Virus record (IMG/VR): IMGVR_UViG_3300027782_000043
Direction: 5' to 3' (one strand)
DNA: 64,000 nt
Source: an uncultured virus (IMG/VR IMGVR_UViG_3300027782_000043)
Lineage: Duplodnaviria > Heunggongvirae > Uroviricota > Caudoviricetes
Below the pieces are notes generated by a model. It saw nothing but the letters and a program-made list of their open reading frames with translations. It ran no database searches and was not told the origin of the DNA. How positions within the stretch are numbered: position 1 is the first letter of the stretch; every line of letters starts with the position of its first letter. Of the stretch, positions 28,492-38,398 are shown piece by piece. The translations under genes were made by a program, and so were the position numbers.

Positions 28492-29400
28492 TTATACATA
28501 AATATGCTTAAACATATCCAATTGTTCTCCAACTTTTATTTTTTTAACTTTATTTTCACCGTAATTCATAATTAACAATTCTTCCCCCATATTTTGTTTC
28601 ACCCCACTTTTAGCTGATGCGGCTTTAGCAAATTCTTTCATCTCCCACGAGTATTCATCTACTGGAAACCATTTTCTTAAAATTGGAAAATCATAATAAC
28701 TAAGTGAAAATTTTCCTTTAATTTGTTTTAAAGAATTTGCCAATCTTTCATGGTCATTTCTATCAAAATCATGGTTTGAATAATAGTTCTCTGTTTTCCA
28801 ATAGGGTGGGTCAACATAAAAATATGTATTTGGTGAATCATACATTTCAATTAATATTTGAAAATCTAAATTTTCAACAAATGTTATCTTATCAAAATGA
28901 TCTCTAAATTCTTTATTTTTTAATTTATCCATAAATATTAAAATTTTACATCTGTATTTACCTTTATAATCGGTATATTTTGATGTTTCAGGTTTAGATC
29001 CAGAAAATACCTGAGTTAATACATACACATATTTTGCTGCAACCTCAAATCTATTATTTTCAGTTATATCAATTCCACTATGAAAAACTTCTTGTTGGAA
29101 CTGATTAAACATTTCTTCGTATTCTGGAGGTGTATTTTCAACCCCTACCTGTTGACAAGGGTATTTATTTAGTTCGTCCCAAAGTCTGTCATAATCTTTA
29201 GAACATCTAAATAAATTGGCATTTAATCCATTAAAATCATTATAAACAACAGTTTTAAGGTTTGGGTACTCATTTAACTTTGTTTTAAAAAAAACCCAAT
29301 ACATACCACCAAATGGTTCAACATAAGTTTCAATGTTTTTTGGAATAAATGGTACAATCCATTTACCAATTCGAGCTTTTCCTCCGATGTAAGATATCAT
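28492..29400 (-). CDS. dam: DNA adenine methyltransferase (D12/Dam class)
   Basis: YIGGKA, YVEPFGG, YNDFN, YVDPPY, EELLIMNY. Confidence 0.92.
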   Translation of the reverse strand: MISYIGGKARIGKWIVPFIPKNIETYVEPFGGMYWVFFKTKLNEYPNLKTVVYNDFNGLNANLFRCSKDYDRLWDELNKYPCQQVGVENTPPEYEEMFNQFQQEVFHSGIDITENNRFEVAAKYVYVLTQVFSGSKPETSKYTDYKGKYRCKILIFMDKLKNKEFRDHFDKITFVENLDFQILIEMYDSPNTYFYVDPPYWKTENYYSNHDFDRNDHERLANSLKQIKGKFSLSYYDFPILRKWFPVDEYSWEMKEFAKAASAKSGVKQNMGEELLIMNYGENKVKKIKVGEQLDMFKHIYV

Positions 29401-29480
29401 ATATATATGTTTTATATAAAAATAATAATTTTATATTTATTTGTCAAATATGTAACACTATATTTATTAAAAAAGAAAGT

Positions 29481-29636
29481 ATGAAAACTGAAGCAACACA
29501 AGTAACCGGATGTAAAAAATGTGACCAATCGTCAAGTAAAACACAAAAATTTGTTTTTATTACTGGGGCAATAATGTTTTTATTGACAATATATGGTTTA
29601 GTTTCTTTAATATATGATATTAAATCACTATTTTAA
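29481..29636 (+). CDS. Small membrane protein with CxxC
   Basis: Probable start MKTEAT after TATTTAT (29461); GCKKC and a C-terminal TM helix. Confidence 0.55.
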   Translation: MKTEATQVTGCKKCDQSSSKTQKFVFITGAIMFLLTIYGLVSLIYDIKSLF

Positions 29637-30559
29637 CTTCTATTGTATTTAATATATTGATTTATTAATAAATCGCCATTATGTTGGCTTTTATACCCTT
29701 TTCCTTTAACTCTTAATGGTGTTGATGTATCAACATTATTTGGGAATTTAACATTTATCTTTCCATCTGGATGTGGGACATCAAATGATCCTCTTTTTAA
29801 ATCCTCAAGATTTAAAAAAGCACTATATATAAGATTTGTTCCTAATTTTTCAAAGTTACCCTCATTAGTTGTTTTAACTCTAATAACTAAATTACCATAT
29901 CCCCCGTTTCTATAATCACCAAGTCCTTGTAATCTTAAAAACTGACCATCATCAATTCCATGTGGTAGTTGGATCTCGATTGTTTTAATCTCATTTTTTG
30001 TTCCTTGTCCCCCACAAGCATAACAAGCTGCTGTTGTTATTTTACCAACACCATTACAAGTATTACATGCTACTTGGACTATCTGTATAAACATTCCTGA
30101 ACCCATTTGTTTTACAACAAATCCTTTTCCATTACAAACATTACATGGTTTTTTCTCTCCCCCATTTCCATTACATGGAGGACATTTATCTTTTCTGTTA
30201 TATGTTATACTTTTTTTACCCGCTAAGTATGATTCCAATACACCAATATTTATATCAATTATGGTGTCGTGAACTCTATTTTGTGAATTACGACCACCAA
30301 ACATATTATTCATAATGTCATTCATTGATTGACCCCCAAAACCGTTCATGTTAGAAAATGGGTTATTTCGTTGGTTGTTGTATTGTGATCTTTTATTTTC
30401 GTCTCCAATAGTATCATATGCAGTTGAGATTTTTTTAAACTTTTCCTCATCTCCACCTTTATCTGGGTGATTTTCTTTAACTAAATTCCTATAAGCTTTT
30501 TTAATTTCGTCTTGAGTTGCACTTTCTGTAACTCCTAACACATTATAATAATCTTCCAT
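29633..30559 (-). CDS. dnaJ: Co-chaperone DnaJ
   Basis: J domain with HPD, four CxxCxGxG repeats, C-terminal domain. Confidence 0.96.
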   Translation of the reverse strand: MEDYYNVLGVTESATQDEIKKAYRNLVKENHPDKGGDEEKFKKISTAYDTIGDENKRSQYNNQRNNPFSNMNGFGGQSMNDIMNNMFGGRNSQNRVHDTIIDINIGVLESYLAGKKSITYNRKDKCPPCNGNGGEKKPCNVCNGKGFVVKQMGSGMFIQIVQVACNTCNGVGKITTAACYACGGQGTKNEIKTIEIQLPHGIDDGQFLRLQGLGDYRNGGYGNLVIRVKTTNEGNFEKLGTNLIYSAFLNLEDLKRGSFDVPHPDGKINVKFPNNVDTSTPLRVKGKGYKSQHNGDLLINQYIKYNRS

Positions 30560-30609
30560 ATTTATTTTTACTAATTTATAATTATACTTAACAAATATAT
30601 CATAACCAA

Positions 30610-31248
30610 ATGAGTAACTTTATAATTGTTTTATTTAAAAATAAGATAAAAAAGAAAATAATAAAGAAATTTAAAACTTATAATAACGCAAAAAAATTTT
30701 ATGATAAAATTTTAAGTGAAAGTAATACAGTTATTTTTAATATGGAGACAGAAAATGGTAAGTATTGTGAATATGAACTTGGGTTTTTAGAAAGAGGTGT
30801 TGCTCACAGACCTTATTTTGTTCGAGATAAATACGGAAGACAAATAAGGGTTGATCTTGAGGATCCTGATTTTAATTTAAAAATACTTAATGGCTATAAA
30901 AAAGAAGAATTATTATTTGATATAACAAAATCTAAAAGAATTACAGTTTTAACAATGATAAAAGAATATCTTCCAAAAGTAGGAATAAAAATGATTTCTA
31001 AACTGAATAATAAAATTATTATTCAAAATAACGAAAAAATACATTTGTTTTCATTAAAGACTGAAGAGGATTCAAATAGACTAATAGACACTCTATCAGA
31101 ATACATGATTAACCAACAAAGGATTGATTGTATATTAATTAAAGATGGGTCAAAAGAACAAAAAAAGTACATGTATGATCTTTTAAATAAGAATGGTTAT
31201 GATAAATCAATTCTTTACCGTAAGTTTACCACTTATAAAAGATTTTAA
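30610..31248 (+). CDS. Basic hypothetical protein
   Basis: 212-aa ORF. Confidence 0.65.
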   Translation: MSNFIIVLFKNKIKKKIIKKFKTYNNAKKFYDKILSESNTVIFNMETENGKYCEYELGFLERGVAHRPYFVRDKYGRQIRVDLEDPDFNLKILNGYKKEELLFDITKSKRITVLTMIKEYLPKVGIKMISKLNNKIIIQNNEKIHLFSLKTEEDSNRLIDTLSEYMINQQRIDCILIKDGSKEQKKYMYDLLNKNGYDKSILYRKFTTYKRF

Positions 31249-31515
31249 TTTACCAAAAATACTAATTTTTATAGGTTCTTCTATTTTAATTGTGTTTTCT
31301 AAAATAAAAACAACTTCAATTCCCGATAAATCAATTTTAAACTGATTAAATCCACTATCTATATGTCTAAAATTAGATTGTACTTTTTTAAAATCTTCAT
31401 AATTTAATTCAAAAACAATAAACGATTTTCCATTTGGGAATAATGTTTGAATTCCATCGGTTATCAATGCCAATTTTTCTATTACCCCATCAACACTTTT
31501 TTGATTTTTTCCCAT
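31207..31515 (-). CDS. Hypothetical protein
   Basis: ORF. Confidence 0.55.
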   Translation of the reverse strand: MGKNQKSVDGVIEKLALITDGIQTLFPNGKSFIVFELNYEDFKKVQSNFRHIDSGFNQFKIDLSGIEVVFILENTIKIEEPIKISIFGKLKSFISGKLTVKN

Positions 31516-31688
31516 AATGTTAATTTTATTTCTTTTTGGTTTAAGACAATATCTTCTTTTTTTATTTTTTTAATCTGTTCAATAAACCGATTTTTTTCAT
31601 GTTTTAAATTAAGAATATCTTTTTCAATTTCATTATTTAACCACTGTTGGGTTTTCTCCGGATGGCTTAATAGTTTCTTCTTTGTCAT
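31482..31688 (-). CDS. Hypothetical protein
   Basis: ORF. Confidence 0.5.
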   Translation of the reverse strand: MTKKKLLSHPEKTQQWLNNEIEKDILNLKHEKNRFIEQIKKIKKEDIVLNQKEIKLTLWEKIKKVLMG

Positions 31689-32070
31689 CTAATTCAATTT
31701 TATTTTCAGTAATTTCAAATTTTAATGCTTGTAAATTATTTAAATTTTCTTTTTCAAACATTTTTTTTAACTCATCAACTTTTATTTGGAATAATCTTTC
31801 TTTTTCTTCTCTTTCTTTATTATATGCAATAATATTTTTTATGTTAAAGATTGTTTCATCCACTAACTTTTCACTAAACTCAGAAACAAATGAAAAGGAT
31901 CTATGTCCTGTGTTTGATTTCTGATTTTCAATTACTTTTTCTTCGTTAACAAATTTTTTGGGTAATTTCCATGTATCAGGAAACTCAATATCAAAAGATA
32001 AATATGATTTTAGTTTCCTAACTGATTGTAGATACGGAAAAAGTATTGTAAATTCTTTATATATGCTCAT
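31633..32070 (-). CDS. Hypothetical protein
   Basis: ORF. Confidence 0.6.
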   Translation of the reverse strand: MSIYKEFTILFPYLQSVRKLKSYLSFDIEFPDTWKLPKKFVNEEKVIENQKSNTGHRSFSFVSEFSEKLVDETIFNIKNIIAYNKEREEKERLFQIKVDELKKMFEKENLNNLQALKFEITENKIELDDKEETIKPSGENPTVVK

Positions 32071-32259
32071 TTATACTTGTATTAAATACGTTATTAAATA
32101 ACTTAATGATAAACCATTGAATAAAATTTCCCTATTACTTAAAACCATTTTTTCTGGTTTTGTTTGTAATAGGGAAATAATAAATTTTAATGCTGTTCTC
32201 ACCAATAAAATTGTTGAGAATATAAAAACAAATAAATATATTGTTTCTATATTAGTCAT
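32071..32259 (-). CDS. Small two-TM membrane protein
   Basis: Two hydrophobic helices. Confidence 0.6.
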   Translation of the reverse strand: MTNIETIYLFVFIFSTILLVRTALKFIISLLQTKPEKMVLSNREILFNGLSLSYLITYLIQV

Positions 32260-32425
32260 TTTTTTTTGTCTCTAAAATTTCTCCTCGAAGAATTTGTAAT
32301 AACGCTTTTAATTCTTGTGATGTTTTTCTAGCTCTTGTTCCAGCGCTTTTATTTCCACCAAAAAATTTAGTTACATTAAGATTTAGTTCTTCAGTTAGAG
32401 AATTGATTTTTTCTAAAGTTTTCAT
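32252..32425 (-). CDS. Hc1/histone H1-like nucleoid protein (57 aa)
   Basis: Absent from the track. MKTLEKINSLTEELNLNVTKFFGGNKSAGTRARKTSQELKALLQILRGEILETKKND contains the GNKxAGTRARK signature. Confidence 0.8.
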   Translation of the reverse strand: MKTLEKINSLTEELNLNVTKFFGGNKSAGTRARKTSQELKALLQILRGEILETKKND

Positions 32426-32492
32426 TTTTTAAATTAATAATAGTTTATTTTTATATATTTAAGTTTAATAAAAAAAATGTTGTTTGTAAATA

Positions 32493-32960
32493 CTACAGGA
32501 CCATATTTTTATCTAATGACTTATAAATGTTTAATATTATATCTAAATCAGATTTGGTAAACGATTTTTTTCTATTAAATACATCATTAAAAAATGTTTC
32601 AATTGTTTTTCTCATTTTATCTTCTTTTTGATTATAAAACGTGTCTATAAAAAATTGATTAAAATAAACATAATGTTCTCCTTTATCTTTGAAGACTATG
32701 TTTTCTTTATTGAAATTATTAATGGTTTTACCCCAACACCAATCAAAGTGTTTTTGTTTGTCTTCATTTGACATAACAATTTTAGTTTCATTTATATTAT
32801 CATCTTCCCCCAAATAAGTTTCAAGTATTAAATAATATAAAGAAAATGAAAAGTCATAATATAATTCCATTTTTTCAGAAATTATATTATTTATCCTGAA
32901 CCAGATGTCTACATCTTCAGGTTTAATTGGTTGGGTTATGTAGTTAAAAAAATTGTCCAT
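32493..32960 (-). CDS. Hypothetical protein
   Basis: ORF. Confidence 0.65.
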   Translation of the reverse strand: MDNFFNYITQPIKPEDVDIWFRINNIISEKMELYYDFSFSLYYLILETYLGEDDNINETKIVMSNEDKQKHFDWCWGKTINNFNKENIVFKDKGEHYVYFNQFFIDTFYNQKEDKMRKTIETFFNDVFNRKKSFTKSDLDIILNIYKSLDKNMVL

Positions 32961-33008
32961 AGATTAATACCTATGGACAAATAATAATATAGATTATTTA
33001 TATGTAAA

Positions 33009-34223
33009 TTATTGAGTCTTTTCTTTGTATCCCATTAACGATTTCATTCTGTCAAACTCCTCTTTCAATTTACTTTTACCACCTTTTTTATTTGTTAATG
33101 GTATTTCATCATATACTGGAGAAGGTACTCTTCCGTATGATTCATCTTTCCATTTTGCCAATTGGTCATCTTCAAAATATTTTGAAAATTTATCGTTAAC
33201 TCCAGTATTTTCAGCATTTGCCCATTCTTGGTTGTTACCATTAGTAGAACTTCCTTTTATTTGTTTTTCAATTGTTTCTTTTTTAGGTGGTTTTCCGTCG
33301 TAATCAGGAATATTCTGTCCCGCAACTTCCACATTAAAGTCAGTTCCTTCATCATCAATTTCATAAGCCATTTTATCCATTTTAGCCAATTGACCGTTAC
33401 CTTTTGGAAAATGTTTTGGCTTGGTATTAAATTTCTCTTTAGATCCACTTTTAGTATAATCTAACATTTTTTTAGAAAATTCTTTCATGTAATTTTCATT
33501 TTCTTTACCAGATCCTTTATGTGCTTTTTCATAAGCTTCCAAACCTGCTGGTGTTTTTCCTTTTTTTATATTACTTTTTTCTTTTTCTTCAATAATAATA
33601 TTTTCTATCAGATTAATAATCTCGTTCTCTGTAAACAATTCAGACCCATGACCAGAATTTAACCTATATAAAACATTATTATTTTCTTCCAAGGAAGAAT
33701 TATCCGTATATTCTTTATTACCAAGTTTGAATTTTCCACCTTTTGGTGTTTGTCTTAATTTATTCGTGAATGAATTTCCTTCCGCAGTTTCATCTTCTTC
33801 CATGTAAGATTTATCACCACACTCCATACATTCACCTTTATTCTCTTTTGTCTCTCTTTTCTTTCTTAAGAGTGTAAAATCTTCTTTATCAATTCTATTG
33901 TTTTTATTTTTATCTATATTTTTTTGTTTACCAAATAATCTTTCGGTTATTTCTTCAATATCAGAATCACTTAATTTATTATTATTTCTATAACTCTTAC
34001 GAGTTTCTAAAACCTCACCATTTTCTTTATAACCACATGATTCACACGCTTCTCCTTCTCTCATTTCTCCACCACATGATTCACACATTTCTCCTTCAAC
34101 ATAGTCAAATGAAGTTCCAGGTTTATTAAATTTTAATTTTTCCATTACTTCTTTTGCTTTATCCTCTAAAGTTTCATTAAGAATTTTTTTTAATAAAACA
34201 TTATAATAATTGTTATTTTTCAT
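33009..34223 (-). CDS. Charged low-complexity protein, putative virion/head-associated
   Basis: LLKKILNE leader, three CxxCG motifs, EF-hand-like DKNKNNRIDKED; TATTTATA upstream. Confidence 0.65.
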   Translation of the reverse strand: MKNNNYYNVLLKKILNETLEDKAKEVMEKLKFNKPGTSFDYVEGEMCESCGGEMREGEACESCGYKENGEVLETRKSYRNNNKLSDSDIEEITERLFGKQKNIDKNKNNRIDKEDFTLLRKKRETKENKGECMECGDKSYMEEDETAEGNSFTNKLRQTPKGGKFKLGNKEYTDNSSLEENNNVLYRLNSGHGSELFTENEIINLIENIIIEEKEKSNIKKGKTPAGLEAYEKAHKGSGKENENYMKEFSKKMLDYTKSGSKEKFNTKPKHFPKGNGQLAKMDKMAYEIDDEGTDFNVEVAGQNIPDYDGKPPKKETIEKQIKGSSTNGNNQEWANAENTGVNDKFSKYFEDDQLAKWKDESYGRVPSPVYDEIPLTNKKGGKSKLKEEFDRMKSLMGYKEKTQ

Positions 34224-34244
34224 TTTCTTGTTTATATATAAATA

Positions 34245-35012
34245 TCAATGTTTATTCAATTTTTCCATTTCTAAATAAATTATATTTCTAACATAGTTTT
34301 CTGTTATTCCATAAGACTCACTTATATTTGTTATAACTCTTTTTAATCCTTTGTTTTCAAAAATTTTAAGTGCGTTAATATCCCCTTGATTACAATAAGG
34401 AAACTTTTTACATTTTTTCTTAACTTGGACAAATTTACCACCAGGAATTTGAGTGTTACGGCTTGGTCCCCAATCTTTTTTGTTGGTTGACTTTGCCCAT
34501 ATCGAGGGCCCTGAGTATTGACCTGATGATACGGTACTTGCACCTTCTTTTGTTTCAAACTTTTTAGGTCTATTACAAGTACAATCTTTTTCTATGTTTT
34601 TACATTTTTCACAATATTTCTTTTCTTTAATTTCTTGAGATGAAAAAAGTGCTCCACCTGAATATGCTCCGGCAGATACCGATCCAGTTTCTTTAGTTTC
34701 TTCTTTTTTACTTTTAGTTATTTCTAATAATGAATGTAGAAAATCGTTAATATCTTCAGGATTTTCTAACATTTTTTTTAATTCGGATCTTGTTTTACTT
34801 ACTGACATTTTGTTTTTAACTAATGTTAGTATGTCATTTAAATTAGTTTTTTTATCTTTTAAATAATCTTGTGGTTTTGTTTTTTTCTTTTTTTCTTTTT
34901 CTTCTTCCATTGGTTGGAAATTTTTTCTTTGTTTGGACAAGTCAATCCCATTTACCCCCAATCCGTTTGCGGCATTATTATATTCTTTATTAAACATGTT
35001 AATCATATCCAT
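34245..35012 (-). CDS. Hypothetical protein, putative virion-associated
   Basis: Internal repeat ETKETGSVSAGAYSG / ETKEGASTVSSGQYSG. Confidence 0.65.
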   Translation of the reverse strand: MDMINMFNKEYNNAANGLGVNGIDLSKQRKNFQPMEEEKEKKKKTKPQDYLKDKKTNLNDILTLVKNKMSVSKTRSELKKMLENPEDINDFLHSLLEITKSKKEETKETGSVSAGAYSGGALFSSQEIKEKKYCEKCKNIEKDCTCNRPKKFETKEGASTVSSGQYSGPSIWAKSTNKKDWGPSRNTQIPGGKFVQVKKKCKKFPYCNQGDINALKIFENKGLKRVITNISESYGITENYVRNIIYLEMEKLNKH

Positions 35013-35257
35013 TATGAACTTTTAAATTTAGATTCCCAAAAATTTCTTTGTTGGTACATTATAGTATAAAACTCTCTAAACGATTTAATTATTAATTCTT
35101 TAACATCTTTCTCTAATTTACCTCGTTTCATCTCTTTAGAAATTCTTTCTAATAATTTATCTTCAAATTGTTTAGCTGTTGCCGACCCTAAAAAGTCTTT
35201 TATTTCTTTTTTTATTAATGATTCAATTTCTCTTTTATCCGATTGTGTTAGTGCCAT
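35012..35257 (-). CDS. Hypothetical protein
   Basis: ORF. Confidence 0.65.
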   Translation of the reverse strand: MALTQSDKREIESLIKKEIKDFLGSATAKQFEDKLLERISKEMKRGKLEKDVKELIIKSFREFYTIMYQQRNFWESKFKSS

Positions 35258-35258
35258 T

Positions 35259-35672
35259 TTATTTTACTATTATCCCATATGTTAATCCTCCTATAATAGC
35301 TGAGGAAATAATCTGAATTATTGTATTTTTTCTTTTTAATTTTCTATTGTCTGATGTAAGATCTTTATTAATATTATCAACAATTTGAAATTTATCATTT
35401 GTTTTTTGAATAATTATTTCACTTGTTTTAAACTTTTCTTCCATTGTTATAATAATAGATTGTTGTACCTCAATTTTTTTATTTAACTCAACAACCTCAT
35501 CTTTGGTTAATTTTAAAATTGCGGAAGTAGAATCCAATTTATTTAGATCCATCATGATCTGTTTTCCTACTTTATAAGGAATACATATTTCGGTAGTATC
35601 TTCTTTTTTTGTTGTTTGGGATAAAATAGAAACCCCAAAAGACAAAAATAATATTAGTATTATATTTTTCAT
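35259..35672 (-). CDS. Signal peptide + coiled coil + C-terminal TM protein (spanin-like)
   Basis: Topology by eye; near the amidase-fold gene. Confidence 0.5.
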   Translation of the reverse strand: MKNIILILFLSFGVSILSQTTKKEDTTEICIPYKVGKQIMMDLNKLDSTSAILKLTKDEVVELNKKIEVQQSIIITMEEKFKTSEIIIQKTNDKFQIVDNINKDLTSDNRKLKRKNTIIQIISSAIIGGLTYGIIVK

Positions 35673-35675
35673 GTT

Positions 35676-36029
35676 TTAAAAATTATATCTTAATTGTAAT
35701 AAACTATCAATTTGTTTAGAGTTTGAGTTTTTAATTTCATTACCTTTTTGTTGGTAATAGTTATTAACGACTTCTTTTTTAATTTTAATATTAGATATTG
35801 TTGAATCAATTTTATGTATCTCTTCATTATATTTTGTTATTTTTTCATCTAATTTTTTTTGATATTCAATCATACTATTAATATCTTTATCAAGTTGTTC
35901 AATTTGTTTTTTATCTTCTTTTGACATTCCATTATCAACTTTTGTCATATCGTAAATAATTAAACCAATTAATATAATAACAACTGTTAATATAATGTAT
36001 TTGAAGTTTTCATTTAAAAAATTTTTCAT
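35676..36029 (-). CDS. N-terminal TM + coiled-coil protein (i-spanin-like)
   Basis: Type II membrane topology. Confidence 0.5.
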   Translation of the reverse strand: MKNFLNENFKYIILTVVIILIGLIIYDMTKVDNGMSKEDKKQIEQLDKDINSMIEYQKKLDEKITKYNEEIHKIDSTISNIKIKKEVVNNYYQQKGNEIKNSNSKQIDSLLQLRYNF

Positions 36030-36655
36030 ATCTCACTTGTTTTTTTTCTTGATGAAACAATTTTAGACCATTTGGTTTTAAATTTTTCATAATATGTTTT
36101 TAATTTTATCGATATTTCACTAAATTCATCATCAAGTTTGGTCATAGTTCCATTTATATATACCCCATTCGTTTCTCCAATTGAAAAGAAAAAATCTAAA
36201 TCTAATTCAGTTATTTTTCCTGACCATTCAACATTTGTTGGATATAAATTTAATTTATTAAAGTCAACGATTTCGGTAACATCTTGTTTAAACTCATCCA
36301 TACTTTCTTGAAACGCGGACTTATCATCAGTTGTTAATTGTAAATCTGTTGTGTTTTTACTATGAATAACTAAAATCCCCCCCGATATTCTATATGCCTT
36401 TTTTTTATCTGATTTAACTTTATCAAATTCTTTATATTCATCTTCATCTTTTTCCGCAGTTTCATACTTATCGTTTTGTATTTTATCCTCAATATCTGTC
36501 ATTACATCTATTTTATTGTCAGGATCTTCAACAGGTTGTTCAATTAATAAACCATAATTTTTTTTAATACTCTTAATATCCTCAGTTAATTGGTTACCCC
36601 CAAGTAATTTTCTTGATGCTGATAATAATTTTTTTATTTCTTCGTAATTAGTCAT
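36026..36655 (-). CDS. Hypothetical protein
   Basis: 209-aa ORF. Confidence 0.65.
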   Translation of the reverse strand: MTNYEEIKKLLSASRKLLGGNQLTEDIKSIKKNYGLLIEQPVEDPDNKIDVMTDIEDKIQNDKYETAEKDEDEYKEFDKVKSDKKKAYRISGGILVIHSKNTTDLQLTTDDKSAFQESMDEFKQDVTEIVDFNKLNLYPTNVEWSGKITELDLDFFFSIGETNGVYINGTMTKLDDEFSEISIKLKTYYEKFKTKWSKIVSSRKKTSEI

Positions 36656-37247
36656 TTTTTAAATATTTATTAAAAATTTCAAAATTAAAGGCCGGACTAA
36701 CATCAGTAAAATCACTATCAAAATTACTTTTAGTTACAATACCTTCAAATTTTTCTATACCGTTTATTTTTGTATTATGTTCCACACTTTTTAATGGGAT
36801 ATTAGTTTCTTTGGTTAACTTAACACACAATTTTGAGGTTAAAATAATTTGTTCCTCAGGATATGGTTGCCAAAAAAAATAATCTCTCCATGTTTTATTA
36901 AAAACCTTTTGTTTATAAATATCACCAATCCAATTAATGTGATAATTTTTTAATGGTTCTTTTTCTAACCAACCTAAATTTTCCAAACAAACAATTACAG
37001 AGTTTCTGTTTATAGATGATGTTGTGTTATAATTAGTATATTCATCATTGTCCAATAACTGAAGAACTTTACCATCTCTTGTTACAATATAGTTAGGAAT
37101 TTTATCATATTTACCATTATGTCTATATTTTAATGATTGTAAAAAATCATTTATGTTTCTAGACGTATTAGTGAGTATAATTTGTGTTTTGTTTTTATTT
37201 TTTTTCTCTGATCTAAAATTTCCGTATTTTATTATTTCATCAATCAT
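36648..37247 (-). CDS. N-acetylmuramoyl-L-alanine amidase (Amidase_2) fold, Zn ligands apparently lost
   Basis: QIILTNTS, PNYIVTRDGKVLQL, NRNSVIVCLEN, YPEEQI, TDVSPAF. Confidence 0.65.
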   Translation of the reverse strand: MIDEIIKYGNFRSEKKNKNKTQIILTNTSRNINDFLQSLKYRHNGKYDKIPNYIVTRDGKVLQLLDNDEYTNYNTTSSINRNSVIVCLENLGWLEKEPLKNYHINWIGDIYKQKVFNKTWRDYFFWQPYPEEQIILTSKLCVKLTKETNIPLKSVEHNTKINGIEKFEGIVTKSNFDSDFTDVSPAFNFEIFNKYLKND

Positions 37248-38349
37248 TTGTTTTAGTATATCTTAAAACTTTATTTTGTGTGGTTGTATTTACGGTGGTT
37301 AGTCCTGTACTACCATATTCTATATTTGATAATTCAATAATTTCAGGTTCGACTTGGGGGGTGACTTGGGGGGTGACTTGGGGGGTATAATGCGTGGTAT
37401 GATGTGTTAAATAACTTTCAGGAATCTCAATCTCATCATGTATGGTATCATGTATGGTATCTTCTTTGTGAGGGACACCAGTGTCCCCCTCTAAATTTTC
37501 TGTGGATTTTAACAGAGGGACATCCGTGTCCCCCTGTGAATCTTCGTCTTTTCTTTTTCCTTTAAATGCTTGGTTTGTTGCAATAACTAACGTAATTGCT
37601 AATGGATCAAAAACAAAGATCAAAATTAAAATAAAAAGATTTGCGGTTCGTTTAATATCCCAATCAAGTAGTTCACTAACATACTTTAAAGCTCCCAACT
37701 CACTTCCCGAAATTTCTTTTGATTCCATGTTTAAGATATTAATATCAAGTTGGGTGATACTATCATTCATACTATCAATTCTTTTTGCTATTGTGTCTCT
37801 CCTTACTTGTGCTTGTGATAGTTGAGATTCAAATAATTTTCTATTACCGTCGTTGGCTCTTGTAATTACCTGTCCAGTTCTTCTATCCACAGATTGTGTT
37901 GTTGTATTATTAGATACCCCGTCTCTTAACTTAGTAATGTCTCCGTCTAAAATGTTTTTTTCTTTTGTTAATTCGTCTTTAACTTCTTCAAACCTTTTCT
38001 TTTTTACCTCAATATTTTTGACTTGTTTTTCGTTAATTTCAAGTTTTGCAATATTCCCTTGAAATCCTGTACTTAAAAGTCCGTATATTCCAAGTGAAGT
38101 TATTAAAGAAAGGGTCACAAGAGCAATGGTCATATAAATTTTTAAAATTCCATATGTTTCTTTCCATTTGTCGTGAAGATATGTTGCAATTGCAATTTTA
38201 GATATCTCAAGAAATGATCCCATAATAATAACGGGTAATGCCACACCAACAAATACGATTGATAAACCAACAACACTATAATATGCTGCGGTTCCTGACA
38301 AACCCAAAGCACAAAATAATAAAAACCAAGGTAAAAATTTTTCTTTCAT
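37240..38349 (-). CDS. Multi-TM membrane protein with coiled coil and repetitive tail
   Basis: Three N-terminal TMs, a coiled coil, LIFVFDPLAI TM, then repeats. Confidence 0.75.
   Translation of the reverse strand: MKEKFLPWFLLFCALGLSGTAAYYSVVGLSIVFVGVALPVIIMGSFLEISKIAIATYLHDKWKETYGILKIYMTIALVTLSLITSLGIYGLLSTGFQGNIAKLEINEKQVKNIEVKKKRFEEVKDELTKEKNILDGDITKLRDGVSNNTTTQSVDRRTGQVITRANDGNRKLFESQLSQAQVRRDTIAKRIDSMNDSITQLDINILNMESKEISGSELGALKYVSELLDWDIKRTANLFILILIFVFDPLAITLVIATNQAFKGKRKDEDSQGDTDVPLLKSTENLEGDTGVPHKEDTIHDTIHDEIEIPESYLTHHTTHYTPQVTPQVTPQVEPEIIELSNIEYGSTGLTTVNTTTQNKVLRYTKTND
37351..37386. repeat. Tandem 12-bp repeat (GACTTGGGGGGT)x3 encoding TPQV
   Basis: Read directly; nearby HDTI x2 and GDT(D/G)VP x2 repeats. 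Confidence 0.85.
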
Positions 38350-38398
38350 AATAATTCTAATATATTTATAAATACTAATATAAGGTATTTATATAATT

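Noticed and set aside
17228..29400. Restriction-modification systems around the two methyltransferases
   Set aside because: No adjacent endonuclease recognised; orphan protective methyltransferases are ordinary in large phages.
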